Positions 48,134-56,927 of a stretch of DNA of 64,000 nucleotides are shown here, one piece after another. The stretch spans positions 56,081-120,080 of the forward strand of contig JAEWAK010000008.1 of assembly GCA_023391695.1 (NCBI GenBank), in the 5' to 3' direction. The translations under genes and the position numbers were made by a program. This stretch comes from Bacillota bacterium. Lineage in GTDB: Bacteria > Bacillota > Clostridia > Lachnospirales > Lachnospiraceae. The notes under the pieces are model-generated. The model made no database searches, had not been told where the DNA came from, and saw only the letters and a list, made by a program, of their open reading frames with translations. Every line of letters starts with the position of its first letter. Position 1 is the stretch's first letter.

Positions 48134-48225
48134 CTGCAAGCCAGACTCTTTGTACTGCAAAAAACGCCTTTCAGATGGCAAATAATCCCATATACATTGT
48201 CGGATATCATCTTAAGATGTAAAAT
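48134..48225 (+). promoter_or_regulatory. putative AgrA-activated promoter of the agrDB-biosynthetic operon
   Basis: CTGCAA, CTGCAA and TGGCAA at 48134, 48155 and 48176 (21-bp period), then TTGTCG, 17 nt, TAAAAT. Confidence 0.55.
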
Positions 48226-48251
48226 TAAGAAAATATTAGGGAGGTATTCAT

Positions 48252-48407
48252 ATGAAACTAAAAAATAGCTTTTTCACAAAACTGTTGGGAAAATTTAATT
48301 GTATTGCGCTTGTATTGGTTGCACTGAGTGCCAATATAACATGTGCGTGGGTTTTTCATCAACCGGAATTTCCAGAAGCTGCGGATCGATTTAAAAAAAT
48401 AAAGTAA
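48252..48407 (+). CDS. agrD: cyclic (thio)lactone autoinducer precursor, 51 aa, not in the ORF track
   Basis: RBS GGGAGG; MKLKNSFFTKLLGKFNCIALVLVALSANITCAWVFHQPEFPEAADRFKKIK with C-AWVF followed by HQPExP; 18 bp upstream of agrB. Confidence 0.9.
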   Translation: MKLKNSFFTKLLGKFNCIALVLVALSANITCAWVFHQPEFPEAADRFKKIK

Positions 48408-48425
48408 GGAAATTGTGAGGAAAAA

Positions 48426-49016
48426 ATGTTTGAGGCCCTTATTCGAAAACAATTAGAAGCAGGAATCATGAAAGAAGAAGATATCAGTGTGTACCGCTAT
48501 GGATACACGCTGATATCGGAGATGTTGGTTAATTTTGTAATAGCAATTATGATTGGAATACTTATGGATGAAGTCATGATGATTTCCGTATTTCTTATGG
48601 CTTTTATTCCACTGAGGAGTTTTGCAGGGGGATACCATGCGGACAAGGCGTGGAAATGTGTTATTTTATCCAACTCGGTTATAATAACTGCAATTTTGGC
48701 TGCACGGTTTATGTGTACGATGGACCTCTTACCCTGGCTTTTCTTAATGGAAGCTGTTTTAGGATTTATCATAATTAGAACGGCACCGGTGCAAAGTTTA
48801 AATAAGAAGCTTAGTGGACCGGAAGCCGCCTGTTATAAAAAGATCGTGCTCATACTGTATATTACCGAAGTCTTAATAGAAATACTGATCTTCTTATCTG
48901 ACTATAAAAATATTGCGTATGTAATATTAATTACTCATATTATAGTATCTATTTCTCTTATGATTGGTAAGCACCATAAGAAAAATCAAAAAACAGAGGT
49001 ATATGCTCAAAAATGA
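48426..49016 (+). CDS. agrB: accessory gene regulator B (AIP-processing membrane peptidase)
   Basis: YRYG, LRSFAGGYHA....C catalytic motif, APV...NK. Confidence 0.92.
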   Translation: MFEALIRKQLEAGIMKEEDISVYRYGYTLISEMLVNFVIAIMIGILMDEVMMISVFLMAFIPLRSFAGGYHADKAWKCVILSNSVIITAILAARFMCTMDLLPWLFLMEAVLGFIIIRTAPVQSLNKKLSGPEAACYKKIVLILYITEVLIEILIFLSDYKNIAYVILITHIIVSISLMIGKHHKKNQKTEVYAQK

Positions 49017-49041
49017 ATAATGGTAAAAGGGGCAGCAACAA

Positions 49042-49845
49042 ATGGTTCAATACTTATTTGCAAAATGTAAAGTATGCGGAAGCATATCCGAGGGAAAGAA
49101 GTTACTTGAAAATAATAATGTATGTGGTGTATGCGGATATTATGAAACGCTTGATTATGAACAAAGACTCTCATTAGTTATTGATAAAGACTCATTTATA
49201 GAGACGAATACTCACACGGAATTCTGCGATCCCATAAACTTTCCGGGTTATCGTGAAAAGCATGAAAGTATAAAAAGCAAAACGGACCTGAGTGAAACGA
49301 TTATTACCGGCAGGGCAGAAATTCACAGACATTCCGTAATGCTTGGAATTATGGATACCAGATATATGATGGGAAGTATGGGGATTGTTGTCGGTGAGAA
49401 AGTTACCAGATTATTTGAGGAGGCCTCAATAAGTAAAACTCCTGTAATAATGTTCATTGCATCCGGAGGTGCAAGAATGCAGGAGGGAATCTTCTCATTG
49501 ATGCAGATGGCCAAAACAGCGGCGGCGGTATCCGCTTTCAGTGATTTGGGAGGACTTTTTATCAGCGTATTGACAAATCCGACAACCGGCGGGGTGAGTG
49601 CCAGCTTTGCTTTTTTGGGAGATATCATTCTATCTGAACCGGGTGCTTTAATCGGATTTGCCGGCAAACGGGTTATTGAGCAGACTGTAAAAGAAAAATT
49701 ACCAAAAGATTTTCAGACCGCTGAGTTTTTGTTCGAACACGGGTTTATCGATCTTATCGTTGAAAGGAATCAGTTAAGGGATACACTGGGCAGGATTTTG
49801 AAGCTGCATGAGCACAAAAAAGCAGATGAATGCCGGCCGGATTAA
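49042..49845 (+). CDS. accD: acetyl-CoA carboxylase carboxyltransferase beta
   Basis: Zn finger CKVC...CGVC; MGSMG, SGGARMQEG, PTTGGVSASFA and FQTAEFL motifs. Confidence 0.93.
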   Translation: MVQYLFAKCKVCGSISEGKKLLENNNVCGVCGYYETLDYEQRLSLVIDKDSFIETNTHTEFCDPINFPGYREKHESIKSKTDLSETIITGRAEIHRHSVMLGIMDTRYMMGSMGIVVGEKVTRLFEEASISKTPVIMFIASGGARMQEGIFSLMQMAKTAAAVSAFSDLGGLFISVLTNPTTGGVSASFAFLGDIILSEPGALIGFAGKRVIEQTVKEKLPKDFQTAEFLFEHGFIDLIVERNQLRDTLGRILKLHEHKKADECRPD

Positions 49846-49861
49846 ATGGGGGGGAATTGGA

Positions 49862-50671
49862 ATGGATATAGAAACCAGGGTTCATGATGCTGCCTGGGAA
49901 AGGGTACTCATGGCCAGAAAACTGTCTCGCATTCGTTCGCTGGATATTATCGGCAATATATTTGAATCTTTTGTTGAATTACATGGAGACCGCGGGATCG
50001 GCGATGATAAGTCTTTAGTCTGCGGGATAGCCTTATTGGAGGATCAGCCTGTTACGGTGATTGGCCAGCAAAAAGGGAATAACCGGCAAGAGATGGAATA
50101 CCGCCGGTATGGTATGACAAAACCGGAAGGTTACCGAAAAGCTTTGCGAATGATGAGACAGGCAGAAAAGTTCCGGCGTCCCATTCTATGTTTTATAGAT
50201 ACACCGGGAGCATATCCTGGCGTTTTGGCCGAGGAACACGGACAAGCAGAAGCAATCGCGCGTAATCTTTATGAAATGGGGAGTTTTACCGTTCCGATCC
50301 TGGCTATTATTATAGGTGAAGGAGGGAGCGGGGGAGCCCTGGCTTTGGCAGTAGCCAATACGGTAATCATGCTTGAAAATGCCATCTATTCCGTAGTTTC
50401 ACCGGAAGGGTGCGCCAGTATATTATGTAAGGATGCAACGAAAGCGCCGGAAATGGCTGAGGATTTAAAGCTTACGGCTTATGAGCTTAAGAGTTACGGT
50501 ATCATTGACCGGATTATAAGTGAGGAAGGAGAAACCGAAGACTTATTTTGCAGAATAAAAGAAAATATAATTGCCGAATTATCCAAATATAAGCAATTAA
50601 ACGGCGAAGAAATAAGAAATCATCGTAATGTTAAGTTCAGAAGTATCGGACAAAATATGGAGTTTTATTAA
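49862..50671 (+). CDS. accA: acetyl-CoA carboxylase carboxyltransferase alpha
   Basis: ELHGDR, PEGYRKA.R, IDTPGAYPG and GEGGSGGA motifs. Confidence 0.93.
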   Translation: MDIETRVHDAAWERVLMARKLSRIRSLDIIGNIFESFVELHGDRGIGDDKSLVCGIALLEDQPVTVIGQQKGNNRQEMEYRRYGMTKPEGYRKALRMMRQAEKFRRPILCFIDTPGAYPGVLAEEHGQAEAIARNLYEMGSFTVPILAIIIGEGGSGGALALAVANTVIMLENAIYSVVSPEGCASILCKDATKAPEMAEDLKLTAYELKSYGIIDRIISEEGETEDLFCRIKENIIAELSKYKQLNGEEIRNHRNVKFRSIGQNMEFY

Positions 50672-50735
50672 TTTTGAAAATTGACTTCCGGTTTCAGAGT
50701 TACCCGGAGCGTTCTATATAAATGGGGGATAATGT

Positions 50736-51248
50736 ATGTACGAGATTAAGAGTGCATTTGCCGATATATCTAAAATCATTAAGCAATGTGAACAATCAGA
50801 GTTAGCTTCATTTGTTTATAAAGATTCAATGTTATCAATACAATTCAGCAAAGTTGTTCAGGAGGAAGTTCTCCATATAAGTAAAAAGAGAGGGATGGAT
50901 GATTTTTCCTGCGATATCAAGTTTGATAATCTCAGAATGGATATTGAGAAAACGGAAGAACTGGATTTCCTGAAAGAAAAAATAATACCGGATGAGAATA
51001 CCGTTGATGTTGTATCCCCATTTGTGGGAACCGTTATATTCAGTAATCAAATTAAGACGGCTGCCGGAGATATAGCTATCAAAAAAGGAGATGTGATTTG
51101 TTCCATCGAAGCCATGAAGATTTACAATGATATAAAAGCTCCGGCCGCAGGCAGAATTATTCAGATATTCGTTGAAGATAGCAGTTTGGTAGAGTTTGAG
51201 CAGCCTATTTTCAAAATCAGGGTAGATAAAGATGAAGAAACAATATAA
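50736..51248 (+). CDS. accB: biotin carboxyl carrier protein
   Basis: SPFVGT...IEAMKIYNDI biotinyl-lysine motif. Confidence 0.88.
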   Translation: MYEIKSAFADISKIIKQCEQSELASFVYKDSMLSIQFSKVVQEEVLHISKKRGMDDFSCDIKFDNLRMDIEKTEELDFLKEKIIPDENTVDVVSPFVGTVIFSNQIKTAAGDIAIKKGDVICSIEAMKIYNDIKAPAAGRIIQIFVEDSSLVEFEQPIFKIRVDKDEETI

Positions 51249-52584
51249 GCGTATTTTGGTAGCAAACCGGGGGGATAGTGCCATACGTGTTATTCGCGCC
51301 TGCAAGGAAATGGGAATAGAGACAGTCGGTATTTATTCAAAGGCGGATAAAGGTCTGTTACATAGCAGAATTGCAGATTATTCTGTCTGCATAGGAGATG
51401 TCCGGAGCAAGGATTCTTATTTAAATTCTTACAATATTCTGGCGGTTGCAACCTACTATAAAGTGGATGCCATACATCCGGGGATAGGTTATTTTGCAGA
51501 AAACGCTGATTTTGCCGAGTTATGCGAGAAGTGCGGAATAGACTTTATCGGTCCAAACAGCAGGGCGATCAGCCTGATGGGAAATAAAGTTGAGGCTAAG
51601 AAGGTAGCGAAAGAATGTGGGGTACCGGTTATTGGCGATAACAGCATTGAAGTGCTCAATTATGAAGATTGCGCCAAATACGCCGGCGAGATAGGCTGTC
51701 CGGTCATCCTTAAAGCTTCGAACGGAGGCGGAGGCAAAGGGATCCGAGTAGCGGAGTACGAATCCGATATACCGCATTTATTTGAGGTTTGCCAAAGAGA
51801 AGCGGAACAGGTATTTGGTAAAAGCAGCATATTACTTGAAAAATATATAGAAAAAGCTAAACATATTGAAGTTCAGGTATTGGCAGATAAGCATGGAAAT
51901 GTCATACACTTAGGAGACAGGGAGTGTACGATCCAGAGAAAAAATCAAAAGCTTATAGAAGAGGCGAGATGCAATACCCTGTCCACTAAAGTCAGAAACA
52001 GTATGTATCAGGGTGCGGTTGATATATGTAAACATATTGGGTATGTAGGTTTAGGTACAGTAGAATATATTCTGGAACCGGATAATTCTTATTATTTTAT
52101 GGAGATGAATACAAGGCTGCAGGTAGAACATACCATTTCCGAGATGATTACAGGTATCGACCTGGTAAAAGAACAGATCCGGGCAGCACAGGGAGAAGCC
52201 CTTGCGTATAAGCAGGAAGAGGTTAATTTTAATGGCTATGCCATTCAATGCAGAATTCTGTCCGAATACTTTAACGGTGAGTTTATGCCTGACCATGGCA
52301 GAATTACAAGATTCGATCTGCCGGGCGGACCCGGCGTAAGAGTGGATACATCCTATGAAATGGACAATATTGTTACAACTTATTATGATTCCTTACTGTG
52401 TAAGATTTGCTGTCATGGCAGAGATAAATTGGAAGCGGTAAATAAAATGATAAGATGCCTGGAGGAAATGCGGATAGAAGGAGTAGGAAATAACCGGGAG
52501 ATATTAATGAATATACTAAAAGATAACAGATTCTTACCGGGCGAATATACAACCACATTTCTTGATTCGGAAATAAACGGATGA
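51232..52584 (+). CDS. accC: biotin carboxylase
   Basis: ILVANRG, GGGGKG, RECTIQR and FMEMNTRLQVEH motifs. Confidence 0.94.
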   Translation: MKKQYKRILVANRGDSAIRVIRACKEMGIETVGIYSKADKGLLHSRIADYSVCIGDVRSKDSYLNSYNILAVATYYKVDAIHPGIGYFAENADFAELCEKCGIDFIGPNSRAISLMGNKVEAKKVAKECGVPVIGDNSIEVLNYEDCAKYAGEIGCPVILKASNGGGGKGIRVAEYESDIPHLFEVCQREAEQVFGKSSILLEKYIEKAKHIEVQVLADKHGNVIHLGDRECTIQRKNQKLIEEARCNTLSTKVRNSMYQGAVDICKHIGYVGLGTVEYILEPDNSYYFMEMNTRLQVEHTISEMITGIDLVKEQIRAAQGEALAYKQEEVNFNGYAIQCRILSEYFNGEFMPDHGRITRFDLPGGPGVRVDTSYEMDNIVTTYYDSLLCKICCHGRDKLEAVNKMIRCLEEMRIEGVGNNREILMNILKDNRFLPGEYTTTFLDSEING

Positions 52585-52698
52585 TTATGGGGAAATACGG
52601 TGATTAATAACAGCAACAGCCACAAAAGTTATTCGAGTTAACAGTAATTGCAGGAATCGGCAGCATAAGGAGCCTGTATAAACCAGGGGGGATTTATT

Positions 52699-53532
52699 AT
52701 GAAATTAGGAATAATCGGTGCAGGAGTGATGGGTAAAGGCGTAGCCCAGAGATTTGCACAGTACGGTCAGGAAGTTGTTTTATACGACATTGACCCACAG
52801 GTGATTGGTACTGCACAAAACGAAATTAAAAAAAGCCTGAAGATAGCCGGCATGCTTAACAAAGCCATAGATGCGGAGAAAATTGTTTCGAATATAAAAA
52901 TTACTTCGGGCTATGATGAATTGGAAGACATGGACTTTATTATCGAAAATGTAACGGAGGATGTAAAGACGAAAGAAACCGTGTACCGGAATTTAGAGAA
53001 GGTTTGTAAAGAAGGATGTATTTACCTGGTAAATACATCCTGCATCCCTGTTACGCTTATTGGTTCCTATACGGGCCGGGCCGATAAAGTGATCGGGGTC
53101 CATTTTATGAATCCGGTCCCGATGAAAAATTTCGCAGAAGTGATTAAGGGATGGAAGACTTCAGAGGAAACAGTTGAGATTATTCGACAATTACTGGACC
53201 GTATCGGAATAGAGATTGAAGTTGTTAATGACAGTGCGGGATTTGTATCGAACCGTTTGTCCCATCTGTTTATGAATGAAGCAGCTGCATTAGTATATGA
53301 AGGAGTTGCCACCTCGGAACAGATTGATAATATTTTTAAAAAAGCATTTGGGCATAAGATGGGGCCCCTTGAAACCGCTGATTTAATTGGAGTGGATACC
53401 GTACTGGATTCTTTAAAAGTACTGTATGAGCATTATGAGGATTCAAAATACAGAGCATGTCCGCTTTTGAAACAGATGGTATACGCAGGAGCAACCGGAA
53501 GAAAAGCGGGAAAAGGTTTTTATAATTATTAA
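52699..53532 (+). CDS. 3-hydroxyacyl dehydrogenase family, FkbK/ZmaG-like glyceryl-ACP dehydrogenase
   Basis: GAGVMGKG, NTSCI, HFMNP and GFVSNRL motifs; next to ACP, FkbH and ACAD genes. Confidence 0.85.
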   Translation: MKLGIIGAGVMGKGVAQRFAQYGQEVVLYDIDPQVIGTAQNEIKKSLKIAGMLNKAIDAEKIVSNIKITSGYDELEDMDFIIENVTEDVKTKETVYRNLEKVCKEGCIYLVNTSCIPVTLIGSYTGRADKVIGVHFMNPVPMKNFAEVIKGWKTSEETVEIIRQLLDRIGIEIEVVNDSAGFVSNRLSHLFMNEAAALVYEGVATSEQIDNIFKKAFGHKMGPLETADLIGVDTVLDSLKVLYEHYEDSKYRACPLLKQMVYAGATGRKAGKGFYNY

Positions 53533-53603
53533 TGAAAGAAAATACCATGAGGACTGGTGTGAATACTGGTCGGTACGTGTACAAGGTGCACAGATGGGAG
53601 TTA

Positions 53604-53669
53604 GGTTGAAAAAACAAAAGCAGTTTTTCAACATCTTGATTTGTACGTGCGCCGTAGCGCACAGATGGG
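53604..53669 (+). repeat. 66-bp two-hairpin dispersed element, copy B, with a partial third copy at about 53574-53598
   Basis: 60/67 identical to the reverse complement of 19942-20008; flanked by AGTTA and AGTTT. Confidence 0.85.
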
Positions 53670-53677
53670 AGTTTAAA

Positions 53678-53911
53678 ATGGACGTAAAAGAAAAAATTAA
53701 AGTGTTTTTATCAAAGTTTGTTAATGTAAATGAAATTGGGAATACGGATAATTTTTTTGAAAAAGGGCTGGTAAATTCATTATTTGCAATGCATCTGGTC
53801 AATTTTGTTGAAAGTGAATTTGACATTTCCATTGATAATACGGAATTGGATATGGACAATTTTAAAGATATCAATTCGATTTCTGCCTTAATCGAAAAGA
53901 AACTGGCGTGA
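53678..53911 (+). CDS. stand-alone acyl carrier protein (FkbJ/ZmaD type)
   Basis: FFEKGLVNSLFAM phosphopantetheine-Ser motif typical of extender-unit ACPs; 77 aa. Confidence 0.9.
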   Translation: MDVKEKIKVFLSKFVNVNEIGNTDNFFEKGLVNSLFAMHLVNFVESEFDISIDNTELDMDNFKDINSISALIEKKLA

Positions 53912-53936
53912 AAATCAATTGCTTGGAGGAAGCAGT

Positions 53937-54977
53937 ATGGCTGGGCAAAAAATAAAATGCGTTATATGGGATCTAGACAATACCCTATGGGACGGAGTTC
54001 TGCTGGAAACCGAAAAGGTACATTTAAAAGCAAATGTTGTTGCGGTAATAAAAGAACTGGATGAAAGAGGAATATTACAGTCCGTAAGCAGCAAAAATGA
54101 ATATGCCATAGCGAAAGAAAAATTGGAGGAGTTTGGTTTGTGGGAGTATTTTATCTATCCGCAGATTAACTGGAACGGCAAATCAGAAGCAGTTGCCCAG
54201 ATCGCGAAAAGCATAAATATTGGTATGGATACTTTGAGTTTTGTGGATGATCAGGTGTTTGAAAGAGAAGAGGTCTTATTCAGTCATCCCGAGGTCTTGT
54301 GTATCGATGCCGCAGATATTGATAAAATTCCTTATATGGAGAGAATGAACCCGAAATACATAACAAGTGATTCCAAAAACAGAAGAAAAATGTACCAGAA
54401 TGATTACAGAAGAAATCAGGAAGAGCAGGAGTATACCGGTACAAAAGAAGAGTTTCTGTCAACCCTTGCTATGCTTTTTAAAATAGACAAAGCAATGGAA
54501 GAAGATCTTCAGAGGGCAGAGGAACTTACGGTAAGAACACATCAGCTGAATTCCACCGGTTACCTATATTCCTATGAGGAACTTAAAGATTTTATCGATT
54601 CAGAGGATTACGAGGTTTTTGTGGCTCAGCTCGATGATAAATTTGGAGCATACGGTAAAATCGGACTGGCACTTATGGAGAAAAAGGATGACATATGGGA
54701 ATTAAAACTTCTCCTTATGTCCTGCAGAGTGATGACAAAAGGCGTTGGCAATGTTTTCATGAATTATCTGATTAATGAAGCCAGGAAAAACAATAAGATT
54801 TTAAGAGCCCAGTTCGTTCCCACCGATAAAAACAGAATTATGTATATTACATATAAACTCAACGGTTTCAAAGAAGCTTCCCAAGACGGAGAGGTAGTTA
54901 TTTTTGAGGCGGATATGTCCTATGAAAGAACGATTCCGGATTATGTAAAGCTGGTTTGTGAAGGGAGGGAATATTAA
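53937..54977 (+). CDS. fkbH: FkbH-family glyceryl transferase/phosphatase (HAD plus GNAT-like)
   Basis: WDLDNTLWDG, SKN, FVDD...ER, RTHQLN, DKFG.YG and LMSCRV motifs. Confidence 0.92.
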   Translation: MAGQKIKCVIWDLDNTLWDGVLLETEKVHLKANVVAVIKELDERGILQSVSSKNEYAIAKEKLEEFGLWEYFIYPQINWNGKSEAVAQIAKSINIGMDTLSFVDDQVFEREEVLFSHPEVLCIDAADIDKIPYMERMNPKYITSDSKNRRKMYQNDYRRNQEEQEYTGTKEEFLSTLAMLFKIDKAMEEDLQRAEELTVRTHQLNSTGYLYSYEELKDFIDSEDYEVFVAQLDDKFGAYGKIGLALMEKKDDIWELKLLLMSCRVMTKGVGNVFMNYLINEARKNNKILRAQFVPTDKNRIMYITYKLNGFKEASQDGEVVIFEADMSYERTIPDYVKLVCEGREY

Positions 54978-56119
54978 TGGATTTTTCCGTAACAAAAGAA
55001 CAGAAAGAGTTCAGACAGGAAATCATTGATTTCTCAAGAAAAAATCTCAATGACAGCAATTATTACGAAAAATTTTCCATGGATATGTGGAAAAAAGTCT
55101 GTGATTTTGGTTTGCTGGGAATCACCGTAGGGGAGGAATACGGAGGGCTGGAAGAAAGTTATGAGACCGCGGCGATTGCCTTTGAAAGTCTTGGCTACGC
55201 TTGTAAAAATAACGGTTTTATTTTCGTGATCAATAACCATATATGGGTATCCCAAAATATTATCTATTTATATGGTTCAAAGGAACTGAAAGAGAAATAT
55301 CTTCCGGATATGGTTGAAGGGAAAAAAATCGGCGCTATTGCCATTACGGAGGCGGAAGCAGGCTCGGACGCCTTTGCCATGACTGCGAATGCGGTTGAGG
55401 ACGGAGACTATTATGTGCTGAACGGAACAAAGATGTTTATTTCAAATGGTCCCATTGCGGATGTTTTTATTGTTTTTGCTGTTACCAGGGAAGCTTCGGA
55501 TAAGAAGATAACCGCATTTGTGGTCGAGCGGAATTTTGAAGGGGTAAGCACAGGAAAAGATATTGAAAAGATGGGACTGAACGCATGCCCTACCAGTGAA
55601 CTTTTATTAAACCAGGTAAGAGTGCCCAAAGAAAATATTCTGGGCAAATTAAACAGCGGAAGCAATATTATGACGGGTGCTCTTGAATGGGAAAGATGCT
55701 ATGAATTTGCTCCCCATGTCGGCGTTATGCAAAGAGTCCTGGAAGAATGTATCAAACAGGCAAACGGCCGAAAACAGTTCGGAAAACCAATCGGTTCGAA
55801 TCAGTCAATATCCCATAAAATTGCGGAAATGGAAGCAGCAATTGAAATGGCAAGACTGATGTTATATAAGATTGCCTGGTTAAAAGACCATAAAAAATCT
55901 GCTTATCTGGAAACTTCTATTTTTAAGCTTTTCGTAAGTGAACATTATATAAAAACGTGCAGGGATGCGATACAGATTTTTGGGGCCTATGGGTATACCA
56001 GGGAATACGATCTGGAGAGAGAACTAAGGGATGCTTTGGCATGCAGCATATACTCCGGTTCCAATGAAATGCAGAAGAATACGATTTATGATATGGCAAA
56101 TGCAAAATGTATCTATTAA
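54977..56119 (+). CDS. acyl-CoA/acyl-ACP dehydrogenase (FkbI/ZmaE role inferred)
   Basis: TEAEAGSD, LNGTKMFISNG, RKQFGKPI, FGAYGY and IYSGSNE motifs. Confidence 0.85.
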   Translation: MDFSVTKEQKEFRQEIIDFSRKNLNDSNYYEKFSMDMWKKVCDFGLLGITVGEEYGGLEESYETAAIAFESLGYACKNNGFIFVINNHIWVSQNIIYLYGSKELKEKYLPDMVEGKKIGAIAITEAEAGSDAFAMTANAVEDGDYYVLNGTKMFISNGPIADVFIVFAVTREASDKKITAFVVERNFEGVSTGKDIEKMGLNACPTSELLLNQVRVPKENILGKLNSGSNIMTGALEWERCYEFAPHVGVMQRVLEECIKQANGRKQFGKPIGSNQSISHKIAEMEAAIEMARLMLYKIAWLKDHKKSAYLETSIFKLFVSEHYIKTCRDAIQIFGAYGYTREYDLERELRDALACSIYSGSNEMQKNTIYDMANAKCIY

Positions 56120-56128
56120 GGAGAGCTT

Positions 56129-56902
56129 ATGAAGATCGTAATATGTATAAAACCTGTAAAGCCGGAATTGATTTATGCAGGTGAATCCCGTATCGAAGAA
56201 TATTTGATGAACCCTTATGATTTATATGCATTGGAAAAAACCGTAGCATTAAAGAATTTCATTGACTGCAGGATTATCTGCCTGTGTATGGGGCCAATGA
56301 GTTCTAAAGGACTGTTACAAAAGGCGATTGCAGTGGGGGCAGATGAGTCCGTTCTTCTAAATGATGATAGGTTCCGGGGCTCGGATACCTTTTCCACTTC
56401 CTATATATTAGCAAAAGCAATTCAGAAAATCGGAAATGTCGACCTGGTAGCCTGCGGACAGCAAACTATTGACGGTGAAACCGGACAGGTGGTATATGGA
56501 ATCGGAGAACGGCTGAATTATTATTGCCTGCCGCATATCGCTGAAATTACAGGTGCGCAGGATTCGGTAATTCAGGTGAAACAGGTAAAAGAATCTGAAA
56601 TTATTATAGGAAAGCTGAAAACCCCTGCGGTTGTCTCGTTTCATGATTTTATAGTTTCACAGCCCCAAATAAGTCTTATGGCATTAAAAAGAGCCAGAAA
56701 GAAGGAGATTCTTGTATGGAATGCCGCAGATCTGGAAACGGATACAGGTAAATGCGGACTGGAGGGTTCCAAAACGAAAGTGCTTTATATTCAAAAAGAA
56801 ATAATGAAAAAACCAAAAGCTTATGTTGAAGGAAATGCCGTAGAAAAAGCGGAATTAATGTATAACATAATTTCCGGTAAAGCACAGGATTTTGCAGTAT
56901 AA
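56129..56902 (+). CDS. etfB: electron transfer flavoprotein beta subunit (cluster-associated)
   Basis: IVICIK, NPYD, GSDT..TS and CGQQTIDGETGQV motifs. Confidence 0.88.
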   Translation: MKIVICIKPVKPELIYAGESRIEEYLMNPYDLYALEKTVALKNFIDCRIICLCMGPMSSKGLLQKAIAVGADESVLLNDDRFRGSDTFSTSYILAKAIQKIGNVDLVACGQQTIDGETGQVVYGIGERLNYYCLPHIAEITGAQDSVIQVKQVKESEIIIGKLKTPAVVSFHDFIVSQPQISLMALKRARKKEILVWNAADLETDTGKCGLEGSKTKVLYIQKEIMKKPKAYVEGNAVEKAELMYNIISGKAQDFAV

Positions 56903-56927
56903 AGACCGCAGGAAGGGGGAGTGTTAC

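Noticed and set aside
48080..48452. Track ORFs 48080-48268 (+) and 48258-48452 (-)
   Set aside because: They overlap the predicted promoter and the real agrD frame and show no family features
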